Shown in pieces: positions 58,301-64,000 of a stretch of 64,000 bases of DNA (positions are counted from its first letter, which is position 1; each line of letters begins with the position of its first letter). Where the stretch lies: the IMG/VR virus record IMGVR_UViG_3300021512_000004, positions 10,741-74,740 of that record. The stretch is one strand, 5' to 3'. The DNA is from a virus. Position numbers and translations under genes: made by a program. Below the pieces are notes generated by a model that saw only the letters and a program-made list of their open reading frames with translations, made no database searches and was not told the DNA's origin.

Positions 58301-58882
58301 AAAGTGGTCAACTTTTTGATCATCTACGGAGGAGGTCCTACAACTCTGGCCAAAGACTTGGGAGTTACTGTCAAATTTGCTGAGCAACTGATGGAGGCTG
58401 TGTTCAACTCTTACAAGATGTTGGCTCCTTGGCAGGAGAGGGTGATAAGGTTTGCCAGGGATAATGGATTTGTGAAAACTGCTTACGGGAATTGGAAGCA
58501 TCTGACCGACTCAATACTGTCCAGGGATAGCGGGCTCAGGGGGCACGCTGAGAGGCAGGCAGTTAATCAGACCATTCAAGGGTGTGCAGCTGACATCCTT
58601 AAGGTAGTCCTGTCAGGGTGCCAAAAGACGAAGCTATTTGAGGAAACTGGAGCAACTTTCTATGCTCCAGTGTATGACGAAATATTGGCATCCGTACCTA
58701 TAGACAACCTGTTTGAGTACTGTGAAAGGATGCAAACCTTGATGAACATAACGCCTCCAGGACACGCCATTCCAATGATGGCGGAGGTTTCTGTAGGCCC
58801 AAGCTGGTTTCCAATGACAGAGCTAGGGGATCGCCCTTCTGAGAAGAAGTTAATAGCTTGTGTAGATTCATTTACTAAGTAG
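55319..58882 (+). CDS. polA: Family A DNA polymerase with 5'-3' and 3'-5' exonuclease domains
   Basis: EADDVI and GDSSDGYPGVKGFG (5' exo); FDYET, HN..F and YGCDD (3' exo); DFSGQELR, R..AKVVNF...YG and QG.AADI (pol); motif C is YDE. Confidence 0.95.
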   Translation: MSVEIIKTILDAKGTVIHMYHRGSDLHPVHFGEEGETVASASHCVRNWIEGVLLPTLERSAPQDVIAAWDGGNLYRETLYSKYKLHRRGEKTEFQLEEANQQEIAQKTIKLLLAHLGAVNVFVSGVEADDVIALLCEGLKNEKKYIQTGDEDLIQLVNDNTVVLLKEKVILGEHKGVPPHLVVLHKSLVGDSSDGYPGVKGFGPAAWKDLEEVYGRDGLEEIDQCMVNKDYTLIEECVEQDGNKHLSKALDDLKSWKMCYNLATLHPEICYDTRGRRVIRPQWFTKIPDNGSKIRRILESVGGMEFYSSLETHLRTETLVTADNLEAAFDALNEELPNSPLVSFDYETTDTLKHAPFTEALSAMQRSRGGYVDVLSQVINGVSFNFGRNNQHTLYLSTDHKDTNNVDQEVICDVLKEVLYEVKVPMAAHNFSFEEQVTKQCLGMELPPMADTKILASYADEETQAGLKSLSFDYLGYTQTTYKELLESAGVDDMSQMSGEQVLSYGCDDSVITSHLHKLFTLICKIEGTLEFVEGQEYPTVLPLNRRFEAGMAVDYEVMSKLQEEDRTVVEESEVRLRELLLDNCCQVNKKAAEDYIASEFRSLKKLKELDGKKLRREEELLRYENKSEYIPYFKEESSLEFTGTAGQLKKIALLVGFPEDIQMQSVAKTKINLWLTEIKEWDWKEAIELDRLAQAGEFLTLLAESAHQVAKKEGEEFEELKKFCSGFMDKKTKTVGDALNLNSPAQMQELLYLKLGFSVSMRTMPQRGSRRDELGLPGSPGTDEDSMKFLVAEQTEEGDWRREVVSLVIASKASSTRESLYWKPYPKWKHPRDGMIHPGINCPATKTRRPKGTSPNILQVSKGPTRSFVIPRYTKDVIVALDFSGQELRITGSESKDSELISAYTAGGSYIDEDGMERQILKDIHSVTACSFASKIIEQSVGKEAMASLPVTNGGLDYQFFISVLEGDEQVIANSGILADELSRLIYLCRKMAKVVNFLIIYGGGPTTLAKDLGVTVKFAEQLMEAVFNSYKMLAPWQERVIRFARDNGFVKTAYGNWKHLTDSILSRDSGLRGHAERQAVNQTIQGCAADILKVVLSGCQKTKLFEETGATFYAPVYDEILASVPIDNLFEYCERMQTLMNITPPGHAIPMMAEVSVGPSWFPMTELGDRPSEKKLIACVDSFTK

Positions 58883-58891
58883 GGGAGAATC

Positions 58892-60172
58892 ATGGGAATA
58901 ACACTTAATCAAGATCAGAGGGATGCGATAGACAAGATGCACGACTTCCTGTCTGATCCAGACCAGTCTTTATTCGTACTTAGAGGGTACGCCGGTACAG
59001 GTAAAACCACTTGCATTCAGACTTTGCTTAGAGAGGAAAAGGTGGTTGCAGTTTTGACGGCTCCAACCAATAAGGCAACTAGGGTGCTAAGCCAGATAAG
59101 TAAATCAGAAGGGGTGGATTGCGAGTGCTGCACCATCTACTCCCTGCTGGGGTTGAGGCTGACCTCAAATAGCGACATCCAGAGAGTGGAGGCTATAGGG
59201 GAAAGCAAGGTCGATATGTACCAACTCATGGTAGTGGATGAAGGGTCTATGGTTGGGGAGGTCCTGCTTGGCCACATCATGGAAGCGTCTCTCGAGGCCA
59301 ACGTAAAAGTCATATTTATGATGGACCCTATGCAACTGCCTCCAGTAGGTGAGGACAGGTCTCCACTCATGGATGCACCTTGCTCTGCGTCCCTCACGAA
59401 GGTTGAGAGACATGATAATCAAATACTGGCACTGGCTACTCAAGTGAGGCTGGCAGCTTCAGGAGAAGGGGATCTGAAGCTTAAGAGTAGTCACGACGAG
59501 AACGGAGGGGTCTACGTTGTCAGGCCGAACGCATTCAACGGAAAGATAACCTCAGGCTTCACCTCCCTGAAGTACCAGGAAGACCCTGAAACCTTTAAGT
59601 GCATAGCCTGGAGGAATAAGACAGTTAATTTCTACAACTCTATAATCAGAAAGGGCCTGTACGGAGACAAGGAACTGCCTAAATTCATGGAAGGGGAGAG
59701 GGTAGTAGCTGCCTCCCCTGTAATGGTTAAAGGGCCTGATGGGTGGTTTGCTGAGATGACCACTGACGAGGAAGCAGAGGTTCAGGAGGTGGTTGAGTGC
59801 GGCCACCCAGTTTTTGAAGATATAAAGTGCTACAAACTTCTTTTAGACTCGTCTGACAGAGAAGGGTATGTCACTGCTTTTGTCCCGCATGAGGAGTCTA
59901 TGAAGCTGTACTCTTCCAAGTTAAAGCAAGCCATAGATATCGCCAAAAAAGACAGATCAAAGTGGGGACATTACTGGGCACTGAAAAAAGATTTCTTCAG
60001 TGATATCCGGCCCTGCCATGCCATCACCGCTCACAGATCTCAGGGCAGCACCTATGACACTACCTTTGTAGATGCTGGAGACATATTAGCTAATCGAAAT
60101 AAATTGGAAGGGTTGAAATGCCTGTATGTAGCGGTATCCAGGGCTTCCAGAATTGTCGTAATGAGGAAATAG
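58892..60172 (+). CDS. Dda/RecD-like SF1B helicase
   Basis: GYAGTGKT, APTNKA, DE.SM, QLPPV, AITAHRSQGST and YVAVSRA. Confidence 0.92.
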   Translation: MGITLNQDQRDAIDKMHDFLSDPDQSLFVLRGYAGTGKTTCIQTLLREEKVVAVLTAPTNKATRVLSQISKSEGVDCECCTIYSLLGLRLTSNSDIQRVEAIGESKVDMYQLMVVDEGSMVGEVLLGHIMEASLEANVKVIFMMDPMQLPPVGEDRSPLMDAPCSASLTKVERHDNQILALATQVRLAASGEGDLKLKSSHDENGGVYVVRPNAFNGKITSGFTSLKYQEDPETFKCIAWRNKTVNFYNSIIRKGLYGDKELPKFMEGERVVAASPVMVKGPDGWFAEMTTDEEAEVQEVVECGHPVFEDIKCYKLLLDSSDREGYVTAFVPHEESMKLYSSKLKQAIDIAKKDRSKWGHYWALKKDFFSDIRPCHAITAHRSQGSTYDTTFVDAGDILANRNKLEGLKCLYVAVSRASRIVVMRK

Positions 60173-60175
60173 ATT

Positions 60176-60676
60176 ATGGTTAGCAGAAAAGAAGCGCAAG
60201 AAAGAGGGAAGAAGTTTGAGGATGAGATTGGGATATTCCTAAAAGCCCTTGAGCAGAGGAACCCATGCAAATGTCACAGAATCTACGACTCAAGATCTGC
60301 AGGTAACTACCTGCCAAATCAGCCAGGGGACTACTACTTCTTCAGGCCTGGAGGATCAGTGTTGATTGAGTGTAAGTCTAGCTCAATACACTCCTCTCTG
60401 TGCGGCAATAGAAAAGCTATGACCGACTTGATAGGGAGGGATCAAGCAGCACACATGAGACTACACAAGAGAGCAGGAGGAGTCTCCCTGTATATTTTTG
60501 AGAACCAGGAAAACCGAACCTACGAGGTTTGGGAGGGGGCAGAGGTGGCGAAAGCCTTGGCCACCCCAAGGAAGCTACCAGACCGAACCCATGTAGTGGA
60601 AGTAAGGTGCCTTAACGACCTGAAGGATTTTCTAAGGTCCTCAATGCTGTTTGAAGATTACTTTGGGGGTTCCTAA
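60176..60676 (+). CDS. Holliday junction resolvase-like PD-(D/E)XK nuclease
   Basis: RG..FE, PGD...IECKS. Confidence 0.7.
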   Translation: MVSRKEAQERGKKFEDEIGIFLKALEQRNPCKCHRIYDSRSAGNYLPNQPGDYYFFRPGGSVLIECKSSSIHSSLCGNRKAMTDLIGRDQAAHMRLHKRAGGVSLYIFENQENRTYEVWEGAEVAKALATPRKLPDRTHVVEVRCLNDLKDFLRSSMLFEDYFGGS

Positions 60677-61704
60677 TGACACTTCTTATATATTCAGATC
60701 CGCACCTTGGGATGGAACTAAAGTCGCACACTACACCACAGTCAAGGATAAAGTTGAGAGATAAATTGTGCAGTCACGCGACAGAAATGATACCTAAGTT
60801 TTATGAAGATGGGGATATAGTCTGCGCTGGAGACTTCTTCCACAAGCCTCATAACTGTGAGGAGGTCATCAAACAGTCCCTGCACCTATTTCACATGACA
60901 GCCATCCTGTTAGAAGGAAACCACGACACTCCAAATATAGTAGATCAATCCTACACCTTGGATTTACTGTCCCAGATTTCTAGGGGGAAGGTTGAGGGGG
61001 GAGCTGTGAGGAGGTGTGGAGATTCCCTGTACACGGTTCCTCATCAGCTGACCCAGGAAGCCTTTGAACAAGGGTTGGAGGAGGCAATGAGATTAGCAGA
61101 GGAGGATCGACATCTTCCAGGAGATAAGATTCTAATCACCCATTGCAACTATGATAGGGAGTTTGCAAAAGACGACTCATCCTTGTTGATGACTAGAGGC
61201 GATGCAGAGATTCTTCTTGAGTCATTTTCCTACGTCATTCTAGGGCATGAACATGAACCGAGGGAAGATTTTGATGGTCGTCTCATTGTAGTTGGCAGTA
61301 CCCACCCAACTAACTTTGGAGATATTGGCGACAAGAGGATAATCCTGATTGACGACGAGGGTGTGGTGTCATCAAAGACTGTTTGGGAGCAGGAGGGGAA
61401 ATACTTTGAATTAGATGTAGGAACTTTGAATGACGTAGACCTCCCTGACACGGCAAACTTCATAAGAATAAAAGGGACGGTAAAAGCCGAGCAGATTTAT
61501 GAGGTGTCCAAGTCAATAAAGAGACTATGGAAAGAGCTACCCAACGTCTACGCCATAAGGTCGGACGTGAAGATAGAGTCCCCAGACTGTCTGGAGACAG
61601 ACTTAAAAACTAGAGGAAGAGTGTCGATCAAAGAACGTATAACTGCTGATTTAGAGGGAATCCCTTCTCTCCTGGCCATGTGGAACGAGGTGACTTGTGA
61701 TTAG
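60676..61704 (+). CDS. SbcD/Mre11-like metallophosphoesterase nuclease
   Basis: SDPHLG, GDFF, GNHD and LGHEH. Confidence 0.9.
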   Translation: MTLLIYSDPHLGMELKSHTTPQSRIKLRDKLCSHATEMIPKFYEDGDIVCAGDFFHKPHNCEEVIKQSLHLFHMTAILLEGNHDTPNIVDQSYTLDLLSQISRGKVEGGAVRRCGDSLYTVPHQLTQEAFEQGLEEAMRLAEEDRHLPGDKILITHCNYDREFAKDDSSLLMTRGDAEILLESFSYVILGHEHEPREDFDGRLIVVGSTHPTNFGDIGDKRIILIDDEGVVSSKTVWEQEGKYFELDVGTLNDVDLPDTANFIRIKGTVKAEQIYEVSKSIKRLWKELPNVYAIRSDVKIESPDCLETDLKTRGRVSIKERITADLEGIPSLLAMWNEVTCD

Positions 61705-63862
61705 TAAACTGAGACTCCAAAACTTTAAAAAGCATGACAATACTGAGATCCTATTTACTCCAGGGCTGAACGGAATATTCGGACCTAACTACTCAGGAAA
61801 GACCTCGATACTCTACGGAATTCTGTTCGCTCTTGGTGGGGTTTCTTGTGTGCCTGGATCAAATATGGAGAAGAAGGGGGGAGGTAGGATGTCGGTAGAT
61901 ATGTCCTTCTCAGTAGGGGAGGTTGAGTACCAAATACATCGAACCAAAACAAAATGCGTTTTGTACTGTGAAGAGGAAATCCTTGCCTCTGGAACATCCC
62001 CAGTCAATGAAAAGATAGAGACCCTGTTAGGCTTGTCTATGAAGAGGTTCAGACAGCTGAAGTATGTTGAACAGAAGATGTCCCACGCCCTCCTCACTGC
62101 AAGTTCTTCGGAGATACACAATATTATAAATGAGCTGACTGGAGCTCAGGATGTAGAGAACGCTATCTCTGCCTTGACTAAGATCAGAACCTCCTGTGAG
62201 GGTGGGTTAGAAAGCCTGGGAGACGTTGATCAAGGGGAGTTGAGCACCCTTGAGAAAGCAATTAACGTCTCTGAAAACTCCTCTAAGAAATTAGAGCAGT
62301 CACTTAAAGCGGCCAAGTCTACGAAACAGAGTAGGGAGAGGGATGAAGCGGAGAGCAGGAGGGTTGCAGAAGACGGCCACCTGTCTCGATCTAAGTTCCT
62401 GCTGGAGAAAGTCAACCTGGCTAAATTAGAGACATCTATTAAATTGAGGGAGGAAGAGTTATCCGATACCAGAGTAGAGCTGGGAAAGGATACCCTTGAG
62501 AGGTTGTCAGCCGTCCGCGCCTCTCTGTCTAGGCAGAGCAAGGAAACAGAAGCCTCAGAGTTGAGGAGGAGGGAATTGGATCGCACTATGCAAAGGCTCG
62601 AGAAGGGTCTTACCAAGGTTGAGAATAAATTAGCCGTTTCTCTGGAGGAGGGGGAGGAGGTTGCAGAGAAAATACGGAATGTTGGGGGAGAGATTAAGGA
62701 TGTAGAAAGGCCAGAAGAAGGGTTCTCTGCCGCCATTCTAACACTGGCTGAAAGAAAGGCAGAGGGGTTGGCCTTCTTAAAGAGGTACAACAATTTAAAA
62801 GGGTCTGATAAATGTCCAACTTGTGGCAGTACAGTGACCGGCTGCCTCTCTTCCTGGGAGAGTAAGGTAGAACATTATGAACAAGAAATTGAGATCAGCG
62901 AGAACGCTATAAAGAATGTAGAAGGCGCTCGCAGCAGGTTAACTAAGCTTGAAAAGAGTAAGACGAGTCTCACCCTAAAGCTGGAAAATATTGCAGAAAT
63001 AGTTTCAGACTCAGAAGAAGACAGAGATCTACACAACAAGTCTTTGAGAGAGTCGAAATTAGAGGTACGAGACATCCCTGAAACTGCTGGCAAGGATTGG
63101 GACAGGTTACAGAAGGAGTTGGAGAAGTCTGTTGCCTCTGTGGCGTCTTACCAAGCACTGTTAAGGCAGGAGAAATCCCTCTCCTCTAATTTAAAGGATG
63201 GCAAGGAAAGTCTGTCTAAAGTGAAGGTCTCAGAGGAGATTACAGAGGAGCAGGTGAGGGTGTTACAGGATCTATTTGGGATAGCCAGACAGGAGCTGCG
63301 GGAGGCTGAGTTGTGGTTCTCCTCCACAGAAAAGAAAGTTAATGAGAACGCTTCATTCCTTCGGCACAGTAAGCCCCGCCTGGTAGAAATGCAGAGCAAG
63401 GCTAAGGAGGTAGAGAGACTTTCAACAAGGTCAACCACATCAAAGGAACTGACTAAGTTCCTCAGGAAGAACAAGGATAGGTTGATGTCAGACGTGTGGA
63501 GCCACTTCATGGCTCTGGCCAGTACCTTTGCATCAAACTGTACTGGAGGGGTAATAGAGTCTATACAGAGGCAGGAGTCTGGAGCATTCACCTTTGTTGA
63601 AGGAGGTCACGATATGTCAGTGGCCGATGCTTCAGGCGCTCAGGCCGCTATCATGGGCCTTGGAGTGCAGTTGGCTCTAGCAGAGGAGGCGAGATGCCCT
63701 TTGGATATCTTGCTAGTTGACGAGCCAACAGCAGACATGGACCCAGAGCATTCTATATCTGCCACTTCCCTCCTGGCGGCCTCTGGAGCACAAGTGATAG
63801 CAGTATCTCACAGTTCTATGGACTCTACCCTGTGCAACAACGTAATCCACCTGGAGAGGTGA
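61697..63862 (+). CDS. SbcC/Rad50-like SMC ATPase
   Basis: GPNYSGKT, coiled coils with a CPTCG zinc hook, SGAQ signature and LLVDEPT. Confidence 0.92.
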   Translation: MISKLRLQNFKKHDNTEILFTPGLNGIFGPNYSGKTSILYGILFALGGVSCVPGSNMEKKGGGRMSVDMSFSVGEVEYQIHRTKTKCVLYCEEEILASGTSPVNEKIETLLGLSMKRFRQLKYVEQKMSHALLTASSSEIHNIINELTGAQDVENAISALTKIRTSCEGGLESLGDVDQGELSTLEKAINVSENSSKKLEQSLKAAKSTKQSRERDEAESRRVAEDGHLSRSKFLLEKVNLAKLETSIKLREEELSDTRVELGKDTLERLSAVRASLSRQSKETEASELRRRELDRTMQRLEKGLTKVENKLAVSLEEGEEVAEKIRNVGGEIKDVERPEEGFSAAILTLAERKAEGLAFLKRYNNLKGSDKCPTCGSTVTGCLSSWESKVEHYEQEIEISENAIKNVEGARSRLTKLEKSKTSLTLKLENIAEIVSDSEEDRDLHNKSLRESKLEVRDIPETAGKDWDRLQKELEKSVASVASYQALLRQEKSLSSNLKDGKESLSKVKVSEEITEEQVRVLQDLFGIARQELREAELWFSSTEKKVNENASFLRHSKPRLVEMQSKAKEVERLSTRSTTSKELTKFLRKNKDRLMSDVWSHFMALASTFASNCTGGVIESIQRQESGAFTFVEGGHDMSVADASGAQAAIMGLGVQLALAEEARCPLDILLVDEPTADMDPEHSISATSLLAASGAQVIAVSHSSMDSTLCNNVIHLER

Positions 63863-64000
63863 TCACCGATGCTCTCTGACCAACCTGTGATTCTGAATGG
63901 TTTCAGAGAGCTTCTCTAGGTTGCCCTCCGCAGTCCTTTGGAAGGAAGTGACGTTACTGGTCAGTTGCCCTATCTGAGTAGCGTTCACTTCCTGCCTTAT
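63863..64000 (-). CDS. 3' end of a convergent minus-strand gene (partial)
   Basis: Open frame ...IRQEVNATQIGQLTSNVTSFQRTAEGNLEKLSETIQNHRLVREHR* ends right at the SbcC stop. Confidence 0.35.
   Translation of the reverse strand: MRQEVNATQIGQLTSNVTSFQRTAEGNLEKLSETIQNHRLVREHR

Noticed and set aside
1-64000. tRNA, rRNA, integrase, reverse transcriptase or transposase genes
   Set aside because: None recognised by eye; tRNAscan-SE and HMM searches would be needed to exclude them formally.

Overview
This window is part of a lytic-looking tailed (siphovirus-like) dsDNA phage genome. The host is probably gammaproteobacterial, inferred from an E. coli-type dUTPase, a sigma70 promoter, IHF-consensus sites and attC-type sites. 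From 1 to about 21.9 kb on the minus strand lie the virion and lysis genes: tape measure (runs off the left edge), tail tube, head-tail proteins, major capsid, S49 protease, portal, GpA-like terminase, a fibre-like accessory module, a lipase-like hydrolase and an M15 endolysin. From 22.5 to 25.3 kb is a DNA-modification/anti-defence cluster: an EcoRI-family adenine MTase, a C5 MTase with a nested second-frame subunit, a dATP/dGTP diphosphohydrolase and Acb2. Transcription diverges at about 26.9 kb. From 27 to 49.8 kb on the plus strand are many small early genes, punctuated by 11 copies of the palindrome TGTGTGAATTCACACA. From 50 to 63.9 kb is the replication/recombination module: primase-helicase, SNF2 helicase, SSB-like protein, PolA, Dda-like helicase, resolvase and SbcD/SbcC. 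The stand-out observations are: (1) an integron-type gene-cassette array at 46.58-48.81 kb with 7 attC-like sites and no integrase in the window, in which every gene is antisense to the canonical attC orientation and two genes start inside their own attC loop; (2) a 303-nt group I intron splitting dUTPase motif III; (3) the GAATTC-centred palindrome family co-occurring with an EcoRI-family methylase; and (4) a two-frame, M.EcoHK31I-like C5 methylase. All calls come from reading the sequence by eye; no database searches were run.
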